Source of the DNA: an uncultured delta proteobacterium
GTDB lineage: Bacteria; Desulfobacterota; Binatia; UBA9968
Direction: 5' to 3'
Assembly (NCBI GenBank): GCA_963728565.1
Contig: CAVSLC010000005.1
Location: 224,001-288,000 of the forward strand
DNA length: 64,000 bases
Both the position numbers and the translations under genes were made by a program. Of this stretch, positions 49,890 through 60,611 are shown one piece after another. Position 1 is the first letter of the stretch. Every line of letters begins with the position of its first letter. The notes beneath the pieces were generated by a model. That model saw nothing but the letters and a program-made list of their open reading frames with translations, was not told the DNA's origin and did not search any database.

Positions 49890-50327
49890 ATGACTCGCAG
49901 GTCCGGCTTATTTCCATTGGTTATTTTCGCGGCGACTATGTTTGCGTGCAATTCCGAAATCCTCCAAAAACAAGCCGAGCAGATCAAACAGCAAGAGTTG
50001 GAAATCGCCCAACAGCGCAAAGATCTCGAGGCGATGCTGGCGAATCAACAGCTGCAGGATCAGAAGCAGCGGGACTGTAACCGCGCTTTCCGCGATTATT
50101 TCGAGAAGGCGCAGATAGCAACCGCTGGCGATCAGGCCATCGCGCTTTATCGCGAAGGCTTGTCTCTTTGCCCCGCGGATGAGGTTGCGCATTACGAGCT
50201 GGGCAGGGCTTTGGCGGATCGCGGACGCTACCTTGAGGCTGAAAAGGAGTTCGAAGCTGCGCTCAATCTCAGGCCAGACTTTACCGATGCCAGAAGACAA
50301 CTCGAGTCTATCCGTAAGAAGCGGTAG
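49890..50327 (+). CDS. TPR-containing lipoprotein with Gln-rich coiled coil
   Basis: Lipobox-like MFAC; AHYELGRAL...EFEAALNLRPDF TPR. Confidence 0.75.
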   Translation: MTRRSGLFPLVIFAATMFACNSEILQKQAEQIKQQELEIAQQRKDLEAMLANQQLQDQKQRDCNRAFRDYFEKAQIATAGDQAIALYREGLSLCPADEVAHYELGRALADRGRYLEAEKEFEAALNLRPDFTDARRQLESIRKKR

Positions 50328-50475
50328 CTCCACAACCCCAAGAATAGCCAGCGGGTAGAAGTTTCACCCTCGAATTCTGCTGGTGACGCTGCAAAGCAGG
50401 AGCTTTTTCGTCGCCGTCCTGCTCGCAGCACAGATCACTCTGTTTGGCGCTTTCTTTATTGTAGGAGGTAGATCG

Positions 50476-51249
50476 ATGCGATCCGTCGTCGGCTTTTTAC
50501 TTTGCGTAACTTTATTTGCGTCTTCGGCGCACGCGGCTGATGCCAAGAAGCTAATCGATATGACTTACCCCTTCGCCGAAGATACCCTGCATTGGCCGAC
50601 CGCCAAGCCTTTTCATCTTGAGAAGACCAGCGAAGGACGAACCGCGGCGGGCTACTGGTATTCCGCCTATGAATACAGCGGCGCAGAGCACGTCGGCACG
50701 CATCTGGATGCGCCGTTTCACTTCGCCGAGGGTAAGTGGACCACCGACCAGATTCCTTTGGCCAGGACAATCGGTCCCGGCATCATCATCGATGTGCGCA
50801 GCGCAGTCGGCGCCGATCGCGATCATCGATTAAACCTCCAAGACATTCGCGCATGGGAGAAGCGTTTCGGGCGCATTCCCAAGGAGTCAATTGTCTTGAT
50901 GTACTCGGGATGGGGTAAATATTGGGGTAATCGCAAGCAGTACTTCGGCACCGATGAACCAGGCGACGTAGCCAATCTTCATTTCCCAGGATTTTCGAAA
51001 GAAGCGGCGGAGTTTCTGGTAAAACAGCGCGGCGTCAAAGCCGTTGGGCTGGACACCCCGAGTATCGATCACGGGCCCTCGCGCGATTTCATCGTTCATC
51101 AAATACTCGGCGGCGCCAATGTGCCGATCTTCGAGAACGTTGCGGCTCTGGATCGTCTGCCGGCAAAGGGCGCAACGATCTTTGCAATCCCGATGAAAAT
51201 CAAAGGCGGAAGCGGCGCTCCACTTCGAATTTTTGCCCAGCTACCATAG
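50476..51249 (+). CDS. Exported cyclase family metal-dependent hydrolase (kynurenine formamidase/isatin hydrolase-like)
   Basis: AGGAGG RBS; signal peptide ending AHA-AD; HVGTHLDAPFH, GLDTPSID, PMKIKGGSGAPLR. Confidence 0.9.
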   Translation: MRSVVGFLLCVTLFASSAHAADAKKLIDMTYPFAEDTLHWPTAKPFHLEKTSEGRTAAGYWYSAYEYSGAEHVGTHLDAPFHFAEGKWTTDQIPLARTIGPGIIIDVRSAVGADRDHRLNLQDIRAWEKRFGRIPKESIVLMYSGWGKYWGNRKQYFGTDEPGDVANLHFPGFSKEAAEFLVKQRGVKAVGLDTPSIDHGPSRDFIVHQILGGANVPIFENVAALDRLPAKGATIFAIPMKIKGGSGAPLRIFAQLP

Positions 51250-51362
51250 TTTCATCGCGAATTTCTGGCCGGACAAGAGTCACTGCTGTGCAGTCCGCGG
51301 TTTTTGCTTTAACCCAGCAAAACCACTATAGTCTGCCCGCACTAAGCTAAGGGAGGGACTGT

Positions 51363-52752
51363 ATGACTTTGTGGAAATCGACCCTGTTCCCATGTCTTGT
51401 AGTGTATGTTTGGCTGGGAACGGTTTACCCAGTGTCGGTTTCCCTGGCGGCCGAAATGGCGTTGCAGCTCCAGGCGACTCCGGCCCCCCAGGCTCCACCG
51501 CAAGGCAAGCTTCTGACCATCGAAGACGCAGTTCGCATCGGTCTGGAAAACCACCCGAGGATCAGGGCAGCCAGGGAAAGAATTGGCTCACAGGAAGCGA
51601 TTCTGGGCCAACAAATGTCCGCCTATTACCCGACGATCAATTTCAATAACTCCTACCGCACAACCAATTCCTCCGGAACCAGCGGGACCAGTTCCAGCGC
51701 AACCGATACGTACTCGAGTCAAGCCAATCTGAATCTGACGTTGTATAACTTCGGTAAACGCGAAGGCACAGTCCAGGCCGCGCGGGAAACGGTGGATGCC
51801 ACGCGCGAAGATTTTTCGACGACGACCCAAGATATCGTTTTGAGTGTTAAACAGGCCTACTACACTTATTTGGGCACTCAAGCGCTGGTGACAGTACGTC
51901 AGGAAACGGTGCGTAACCGCGAGCTGCTGGTCCGTCAGGCTCAAGGATTTTACGAGGTCGGTACGCGCGCGCGAATCGATGTCGCTCGCGCGGAAGCTAA
52001 CCTTTATACCGCGCGTGCCGATCTCATCGCCTCGGAGAACTCGGTTAAAATTGCCTGGGTTACGTTGAGAAATGCCATGGGATCGCCGCGCTTACCCGAG
52101 CAACCGGTCGCTCAAGACTCGCCTGAGGTCGAGCTAACGATGAACTTGGCGGCCGCGCGGACGATTGCTTTCGATAACCGCACGGAACTGCGTAGCTTTG
52201 AAGCACAAAGACGGGCTTCGGACCAGTTGATCGCGACAGCTCGAAGGGGTCATTTGCCCGACATTGTTTTCGACGCATTCTATGGCCGGAGAAATTCCAG
52301 TGGCGGTGGTGAGAGTACCTTTCCTCTTCAACCCGCCTGGCAGGCGCAGGTGAGTCTCAATATTCCCATCTTCGACGGTTTTCGCACAACCAATCGGGTC
52401 GAGGAGACTTTGCACAATTACTACAATATCAGAGCTCAGGAAGAAGAGCGGCGGCAGCAGATTGCCTTGGAAGTTGAGCAGAGCTACCTCAGGGTGGTAG
52501 AGACTCAGGAGCGGATTATAGCTACGGAAGCCGCTACAAGGGCGGCCAAGGAAAACCTTGATTTAGCGCAAGGGCGCTACCAGGTCGGGGTGGGTTCAAT
52601 TATCGAAGTAACCGATGCCGAGACTTTATACACCGACGCCCAAACGAATTACGTTCGCACGCTTTACGACTACAAGAATTGCCGATGCGCAGTTGGCGCG
52701 GGCTATGGGCGATAACCGCGTTGGAGTTCTTAAGCCTGGGTCTATAAGGTAG
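51363..52752 (+). CDS. TolC family outer-membrane efflux protein (frameshift near 52678)
   Basis: LTIEDAVRIGLENHP, VKQAYY, NIPIFDG, RYQVGVGSIIEVTDA; natural end IADAQLARAMG...SIR in the shifted frame. Confidence 0.9.
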
Positions 52753-52784
52753 TTTATGCAAAGTGGCCTAGGAGGCTCGAGGTA

Positions 52785-54065
52785 ATGAAGCGTATTCTCT
52801 TGCTTGTCATACTGCTCGTGGTCGTAGGCGCTTTTGCCGGCTTCCAGCAATACTCTTCATGGTCATTGAATCGATCCCAGAATAATCCGGAAGTCAAAGC
52901 GCAAGAAGGTGTAGCGCGAAGTTCGTCGAGCCAAAGTCGCGCCAATAATCAGGGGCGCGGCGTCGCGGGCGGCGCCCGATCGCGCGAGGCTGTGCCGGTC
53001 CTCGTTGCCACAGCGGTTCAGAAGGCCGTTCCGGTGCAACTCCGCGCCGTTGGTAACGTCGAGCCTTTTACAACGGTGTCAATCAAAAGCCAGGTCACCG
53101 GCGTTCTCATGGAAGCTCATTTCAAGGAAGGGCAAGACGTAAAAAAGGGACAGCAGCTCTTTACTATCGATCCGCGTCCTTTCGAAGCCGCTCTCAGGCA
53201 GGCCGAAGCCAATATGCAGCGCGATAACGCGCAGCTCAAAAACTTGCGCGAACAAGTGCGCCGCTATGCCGAGCTGGTGGAAAAACAGTACGTCTCCAGA
53301 GAACAGTATGATCTGATCAAAACCAACGCAGATGCCGCCGAGGCGGTGGTGGAAGCCGACAAGGCGGCGGTAGAAAACGCCAAGGTTCAGCTCAGCTATT
53401 GCTACATTTATTCCCCAATAAACGGTCGAGTCGGCAGCTTGCTGGTGAACGAAGGTAACCTGGTCCGGGTCAATGACGGAGCGCCGCTGGTTATCATCAA
53501 TCAGCTGAATCCTATCAATGTTACATTCTCGGTTCCTGAACAACATCTTAGCGACCTCAAACGTCACATGAACGCGGGACAGCTGAAGGTCGATGCGTCT
53601 TTTCAATCCGACGAGGGACGTCCTGAAAAGGGCCAGCTTGAATTTGTCGATAACGCCGTCGACCGCTCTACCGGAACTATCAAACTTAAAGCGGTGTTTG
53701 CTAATACCGAGCGACGTTTATGGCCAGGGCAGTTTATCAACGTCGCTCTGACCCTCACCACCCAGCCCGACGCCGTTGTCATTCCTTCCGAAGCGGTTCA
53801 AGTCGGACAGGATGGCCAGCATGTATTTGTCGTTCAACCGGACAAGCGGGTTGAAGTGAGACCGGTGACCTTGGGAACCACGAGTGGTGGCGAGGCGGTT
53901 ATTATCAAAGGACTTGCGGCCGGGGAACAAATTGTCCGTGAGGGACAGTTCTTACTGGGACCCGGATCGCGCATCGAAATCAAAGACACCGCCGTCAGCC
54001 AAGGCAAAGAGGAAAAAAGGGAACGCAAAGCTAAGGCAAAGACACAAGAAGGGGATCCGTCATGA
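52785..54065 (+). CDS. RND efflux periplasmic adaptor (MdtA-like)
   Basis: N-terminal anchor; FKEGQDVKKGQQLFTIDPRP, IYSPINGRVG, DNAVDRSTGTIKLKA, LWPGQF. Confidence 0.93.
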   Translation: MKRILLLVILLVVVGAFAGFQQYSSWSLNRSQNNPEVKAQEGVARSSSSQSRANNQGRGVAGGARSREAVPVLVATAVQKAVPVQLRAVGNVEPFTTVSIKSQVTGVLMEAHFKEGQDVKKGQQLFTIDPRPFEAALRQAEANMQRDNAQLKNLREQVRRYAELVEKQYVSREQYDLIKTNADAAEAVVEADKAAVENAKVQLSYCYIYSPINGRVGSLLVNEGNLVRVNDGAPLVIINQLNPINVTFSVPEQHLSDLKRHMNAGQLKVDASFQSDEGRPEKGQLEFVDNAVDRSTGTIKLKAVFANTERRLWPGQFINVALTLTTQPDAVVIPSEAVQVGQDGQHVFVVQPDKRVEVRPVTLGTTSGGEAVIIKGLAAGEQIVREGQFLLGPGSRIEIKDTAVSQGKEEKRERKAKAKTQEGDPS

Positions 54066-57000
54066 ACATCTCGGCGACTTTTCATCCGCAGGCCGGTGAC
54101 GACGACCCTGGTCATGTTAGGGATTTTGATCTTTGGCATCATGGGATATAAGTCGCTTCCAGTTAGCGACCTGCCGACAGTCGATTTCCCAACCGTCACG
54201 GTCAACGCCAATCTGCCGGGTGCCAGTCCCGAGACGATGGCGTCCTCGGTTGCCACCCCGCTGGAGAAAAACTTTTCTACGATAGCCGGACTCGATTCAA
54301 TGAGCTCAACAAGTTCCTTGGGTCGGACTCAGATCACGCTGCAGTTTAGCTTAGGCCGTAACATCGACGCCGCGGCGCAAGACGTCCAATCGATGATCGC
54401 GCGTTCGGCGCGCGACTTGCCGCAGAATATGCCCAGCCCGCCGTCTTATCGAAAGGTCAATCCGGCGAACAACTCCATTCTTCTCCTGGCGTTAAAGTCG
54501 CCCACGCTGCCTCTATCGACGGTCGATGAATTTGCCCAAACCATCCTGGCGCAGAGAATCTCGATGATTAGCGGTGTGGCTCAAGTCGATGTCATCGGAT
54601 CGCAGAAATACGCAGTAAGATTGCAGCTGGACCCGAATCAGCTGGCGGCGCGGCAGATCGGCATCGAGGATGTGGTGGCGGCAGTTCAGCGCGGCAGCGT
54701 GGATTTGCCGGTAGGGACTTTGAACGCGCCGAATCGCGCTTACACCTTAGTCTCTGACGCGCAATTAACCAATGCGGAAGCTTTTCGCCCGATGGTGGTG
54801 ACCTATCGCAACGGTGCGCCGGTGCGGGTTCAGGATCTCGGCAAGGCCGTCGACAGCGTTGAGAACACCAGAGCTGGGAGCTGGTTCAACAATGAAAGGG
54901 CGGTTATCCTCGGCGTTCAGCGACAGCCTGGGGCCAACGTCGTTGAAGTAGTCGACGCCATCAAAGCGGTCCTTCCCACTCTCCGCGCGCAGATTCCACA
55001 GTCCATTGAGCTCGAGCTATTTTTCGACCGCACGCAGTCCATCCGAGAATCGGTCCACGATGTCCAGCTCACCTTGATAGGAACCGTTTTCCTGGTGGTG
55101 CTGGTGATCTTCCTGTTCCTGCGAAATATCTCAGCCACCGTCATTCCCAGCCTGGCACTGCCGATGTCTATCGCCGGTACGTTCGCAATCATGTACCTGC
55201 TCGATTTCAGCATGAACAATCTATCCTTGATGGCGCTTACCCTGGCCGTCGGTTTCGTGGTCGATGACGCGATCGTCGTGCTGGAAAACATCGTCCGCCA
55301 CATGGAAGAGGGTGAGCATCCCTACGATGCGGCGGTTAAAGGAGCAAAGGAAATAGGCTTTACAATCATTTCCATGACCGTTTCGCTGGTGGCCGCCTTT
55401 ATCCCAGTGCTGTTTATGAGTGGTATGCTTGGCAGACTCTTGCGCGAGTTCGCGGTCACCATCTGCGTAGCTATTTTAGTTTCGGGGTTCATTTCTTTAA
55501 GCCTGACGCCGATGCTGTGTAGCCGCTATCTGCGGCCTCCTTCGGAGCAGAAGCATGGACGGCTTTACCGCTTTCTCGGCCGCTGCTTGGAGGGAATGAA
55601 CCGAGCCTATGAAGTGACTCTGCAGTGGGTGATGAGGCACCATGTGATCACCGCGGCATCATCGTTGGTGGTACTACTAGCGACGATTTACATGTTCGGT
55701 CTGGTTCCCAAGGGTTTCATCCCCAGTGAAGATACCGGACAAGTGCTTATCAATACCGAAGGAGCCCAGGGCGTCTCGTATGAACAAATGGTGCAGTATC
55801 AGCAAGAATTAGCCGCCATCGTCGCCGAGGATCAAAATGTCGAGTCTTTTTTTTCCAGCGTTGGGGTTGGTGGTTCGGGTCTCACGGGCAACACCGGTCG
55901 AATATTCATGAAGCTCAAGCCGCGCTCCGAACGCCCGCTTTCTGCTGATGAGTTGATTCGTGAGTTGCGGCCCAAGCTGGCGCGAGTCCCCGGTATTCGC
56001 GTTTCGTTGCAAAATCCGCCGGTCATTAGAGTCGGCGGCCGGCTAAGCCGAAGTCTGTATCAATTCACGCTGCAAAGTCCCGATGCCCCTGAACTCTATC
56101 GCCATGCAGCCTCGTTTGAAGAGAAGCTCAGAGCGCTGCCCGATATGCGCGATGTGGGCAGCGATTTGCAGCTCAAAAACCCGCAGTTGCAGGTTGTGAT
56201 TGACCGGGACAAGATGGCTACGATGGGGATTACGGCACAAGGCATTTCTCCTCGACAAGTTGAAGAGGCTTTTTGGAACGCCTATGCCACGAGACAGATT
56301 ACGACTATCAACACGCCAAATAATCAATATCAGGTGATCGTCGAACTAGATCCCAAATTCCAAAACGATCCCTCAGCGCTGTCGCAGCTGTATATTCGAT
56401 CGACCACAGGCCAAACCGCTACAGCCCAACCGATGGTACCCTTCGGAGCATTGGCGAGTCTTATTTATTCCGCGGGGCCGCTATCGGTAAATCATTCGGG
56501 ACAGCTGCCGTCGGTGACGTTTTCCTTTAACTTAAGGGAAGGAGTTGCTTTGGGAGACGCGGTGGAGACTATCAACGGGTTGGCCCGGGAGAATTTACCT
56601 GGAACCATCAGCACGACCTTCCAAGGCACTGCCCAGGAGTTTCAATCATCAATCAAGAGTCTCTGGGTTCTCTTGGCGCTGGCCGTGTTCGTGGTCTACT
56701 TGGTTTTGGGAATTCTCTACGAGAGCTTTATTCATCCGCTGACTATTCTTTCCGGTCTTCCTTCCGCGGGTCTGGGTGCATTGATCGCGCTTTACCTGCT
56801 GCAGATGGATCTGAGCATTTATGCTTTCGTCGGTTTGATCATGTTGATCGGTATCGTAAAGAAAAATGCCATCATGATGATCGACTTTGCTCTCGAGCGA
56901 CAACGCAACGACGGGAAAAGCCCAGCCCAAGCCATCTATGAAGGGGCGTTAGTGCGCTTTCGGCCGATCATGATGACAACCATGGCCGCAATTGTTGGCG

Positions 57001-57266
57001 CAATACCCATCGCGATAGGCTGGGGCGCGGGCGCCGAGGCCAGACAGCCTTTGGGCATCGCTGTAGTTGGCGGTCTGCTGGTATCGCAGATCCTGACGCT
57101 CTACATAACTCCAGTCATGTATCTTTATCTCGAACGAGGCCAAAATTTTGTGATTAGCCTTCCTGCGAGACTGCGAGGAGGTGATAAGGGTGCTCCAGCC
57201 AATGCCGCAACGGCTGCGATCGGCGCTAAACTCGGAGTGGAAAATCCAGGGCGGCGTAACCCCTGA
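54062..57266 (+). CDS. RND efflux permease (MdtB/MdtC-like; frameshift near 54076)
   Basis: ATG 54062 MNIS then FIRRPVTTT in the next frame; GFVVDDAIVVLEN, GIVKKNAIMMIDFA, RFRPIMMTT. Confidence 0.94.
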
Positions 57267-57668
57267 CCATTGCTTGCATATCTCGCGATCGCTGAGCTCT
57301 TCAGACAAGCGCAAGCGTCAAAAAGGCGGTTCATTGGGTAAGCGCCCCGAGCTGGCTTTCGAACGCACCGATTCGTTGCAGCAAATGACACAATCGGCTT
57401 CGTTCCACTGCATCGGTTCTGCTGTACTTCAGTTGATGTTCGCCCGCCGACTTTAGTCGTGCATGAGGATGAGATTCCTCCGACTTGCACGGATAGTCGA
57501 GAGTCTAATTCGGTTCTGTTTGACTAGAGGGAAACTTCGGTCGGGATAATGAAGAATACCGGTAAGTATCAACCAACGCCGCGGTTGTTTACCCGGACAG
57601 TCGCACAAATCCGGTGGCCACGTGTTAGGGCAAAAGGTGGGAGCGCTTAACTCTGGGTCTAGACTCGC

Positions 57669-59531
57669 CTACCAACGAAACGGATTCAATATTTTACTGA
57701 CGTTCTCAACATCGTCCCGCAGGTGGTCAAATAATCCTTTGGTTTCTTCTTCGCCCGGCGCCGCCTTTTTCTGTTCAGCGGGGCTTGTCGCTCGATTCGC
57801 GGGTTGCGATTGAGTAGGTCCGCGGACGAGATTACGCGGAGCTATCCTGTCGGCAGGCTGAGGTTTTTCCGCAACGTTGGGCTTGGCATTAGTAGTATTC
57901 GCATCATCCGCGCGGTCGCTTGTGGCGCTGCTCGGAAGCTCCGCTGGTGCCAGGAACAATGGCCCTTTCTCCGCGCTTACCTTCGGCTCCAATTCGACTT
58001 TCACTGGAGGAGTATTCTTAACTGCGCTTTCAGTAACCTCGGCCGGGGAAGGCGCCAATTCGAATCGGGACGGCTCCACTCCCTGTGATTTTAGTTTTTG
58101 ATCTATACTACTCAAAAGTCCGCTCGTGTCGGGGCTTTGCGCTGGAGCGCTTGTTTTGACCGTTACGTTTTGAGTGGCAGCCGGATCTTTGAATGCCGCC
58201 GCTGCCTCGGGTGCCGGTGGCAGTTCGGAAGTTTTACCGTCCTTCTTGAGACTCGAATCGATCGAACCCAGAAGCACACCAGTATCCATTCTTTGTGGAG
58301 GCGCCTCGTCGTTCTTGGGTAGATCCGCCACCGGCGGAGTTAGGCTTGCCTGCCCGGCGTTGTCGATACCCTTTTGCTTTAAGGAGTCGTCGATCTGACC
58401 CACGAGTCCAGTGCCTTGGCTGGGCTTGCTGTTGGAGTTCGAGCTTTGCCTGCCGAATGGCCAGAGCGATGCGAGAATACCGCTGGACTCTTTGGTCTCA
58501 GCTTCTTTGCGTCTGACCAGCAGTTCCGTTGCGCTTTCTTTTGGCTCATCGGATGAAGAGAAGGGATTTAACTTGTCTGCCACGCGGCGCAGAATTCCTT
58601 TTTCGTCTCCCGGTTCCTCATACACCAGATCTTTTTTTGCGATTAGGTTCAGGTTCTTCAATTTGCTGAGCGCCGGCTCCTCTTTGGCCTCCGTCGGCAA
58701 AGCGGCGCCCGGCCGACGATCTCGCATCAACAGCAGTGCCAATGGATCCTGTTTCTCTTTATCCAGTTGCGCCAGTTGAGTTTTGGCCTCGACTGCGAAT
58801 TTGGTTTCGGGATAATGCTGAATCAATGCTTCGTAGGCGAGAGAAGCTCGAATCCAGTTTTTTTCTTTTCTGTAACTATCGCCCAGGTAGTAGAGACTTT
58901 TTATCGCAGTCGGCGTTCCCTTGTACTTACGGACAATTTCTTCGAAACGATCTCTCGCGGCAGGATATTTTTCCTGCTGATAATAAAAGATCGCGACGTT
59001 GAATTCGTGCTCTGAAAGGTACTGAATGCATTTGGCCAGCTTCTCTGCCGCTTCCGGCGCGTGGGCCGATCCTGGATAGTTGGTAATAACGGTTTCGAAA
59101 TAGCCCTTGGCGATTTCGGTATTTTTTTGATCGCGATCGATGGAACTGAACTGGTTCAGGTGGGCTTGTCCAAGCCTCAAGATGACAAAAGGAATCTTTT
59201 CGTTGGTTGGGTGAAGGCTCTGAAACTCTTTGAATGCGGTGATCGCCTCCGGATACTGCTCGTTAAGATAATAGGCATCGGCAACTTTCAATTCGGTTTC
59301 GGTGAGCAGTGGACTGAACGGATATCCCGATTTTAACTTTTGCAAAACGTCTATTGCGCGAGCGTATTTCTTTTCATTGAAATAGCGGCTTCCCTCGGCG
59401 AATAAAGCTTCGGCGGTAGGATCCACTGGAGCTGCGGATTTGAACCAGGGCACGGACGGCATCGAAACTGACGAGCAACCTGATACTCCAACGACAACCG
59501 CGAAGAGAGCGAGCGGAAAGTTATTTTTCAT
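57669..59531 (-). CDS. bamD: Outer-membrane assembly lipoprotein BamD with ~350-aa C-terminal extension
   Basis: Lipobox VSGC; YPFSP, ADAYY, F..LHP, IDRDQ, YPGS, HEFNVAIFYY, ARDRFEEIV. Confidence 0.85.
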   Translation of the reverse strand: MKNNFPLALFAVVVGVSGCSSVSMPSVPWFKSAAPVDPTAEALFAEGSRYFNEKKYARAIDVLQKLKSGYPFSPLLTETELKVADAYYLNEQYPEAITAFKEFQSLHPTNEKIPFVILRLGQAHLNQFSSIDRDQKNTEIAKGYFETVITNYPGSAHAPEAAEKLAKCIQYLSEHEFNVAIFYYQQEKYPAARDRFEEIVRKYKGTPTAIKSLYYLGDSYRKEKNWIRASLAYEALIQHYPETKFAVEAKTQLAQLDKEKQDPLALLLMRDRRPGAALPTEAKEEPALSKLKNLNLIAKKDLVYEEPGDEKGILRRVADKLNPFSSSDEPKESATELLVRRKEAETKESSGILASLWPFGRQSSNSNSKPSQGTGLVGQIDDSLKQKGIDNAGQASLTPPVADLPKNDEAPPQRMDTGVLLGSIDSSLKKDGKTSELPPAPEAAAAFKDPAATQNVTVKTSAPAQSPDTSGLLSSIDQKLKSQGVEPSRFELAPSPAEVTESAVKNTPPVKVELEPKVSAEKGPLFLAPAELPSSATSDRADDANTTNAKPNVAEKPQPADRIAPRNLVRGPTQSQPANRATSPAEQKKAAPGEEETKGLFDHLRDDVENVSKILNPFRW

Positions 59532-60611
59532 TTTTTCACCTATCGAATGAGGTTTTTCCATAATATGCCCACTGAAGACAGAGTCAAGCTTATTGTGTCG
59601 GTGAGTTGCGCTCTGCGCCAGCTGCTTGCGCTGCGGATAACCGCGATGACTTACGCCGGAGCCACGGATGCATGCAACCGATCCAAAAATTCTCTAACAT
59701 CTAACCTGCACGAAGGCGCTCGCGAAAATCCGAATTACCAAATTAGTCGGCGCACCATTCATGCGCGACGAGAGACACACGAGATACAAAGGAGAGCGCG
59801 GCGGCGGCAACAATGAAACTTCAATACGACAATCGATTGACCCTTCCAGACTGCCTTCATCGTGAGAGGATCGGTCAGTCCAGATTTTTGCCGAGACTAT
59901 TACGACCGGCGATCCACAGCGATGCTCGCGAAGCAAATTGCTCTGGCTATAGCAAGTTTCTGAGGCCCTGTGTCTCTGCTGTGTTGTACGTTTGATCCTG
60001 TGAACTATCTAAGCCTGGCTCGATGTCGGCCTCGGGTCGGCGAACTTCTCAGGGTAAAGCTGGATCACGCCACCTGTTCTGATGATACTGAACGACCCGC
60101 TGCGATTCTCTGGAGCCGGCCAAAGACAAAAAGCTCTCAGGCTTGTTGTGGAGTCTCGTTTTTAGCCTCCGATAGCTCTCAATTCTATGTCGACCGAAAG
60201 GCTTAGTGAACTGAGCATTTGCCTCTGAGCTGGCTGCTTCGAAAGGCGGGTGGCTATCGCTTGCGTTCAGAGTGTCTGATGTAGAAACAGCCGGTTTTAC
60301 CTGTGCTTGAAAAATTTGCTTGGTTGATCATTAACCCGCTAACGATTTCACCCGGTTTGATATCTATTCTTGAGCTACTACAGCAAAACTCCTCGTAGAA
60401 AATTGGTTTATAGCATTTCTTTAAGTCCTTAGTCGTAGAAACGATACGCCCGGGGAGCGTTTAACGTCAAAATCATACTACTCGCGTATTGAAGGCACCG
60501 GGGCAATTCAAGTACAACCTTGCGAGATTGATGACAGGAAGCGTTGGTACGGACTGCTTCTTGTCCTCGAAAAATTCGCAGCAAAAAGATTCAGGGAAAG
60601 AAGGAGGCAAA

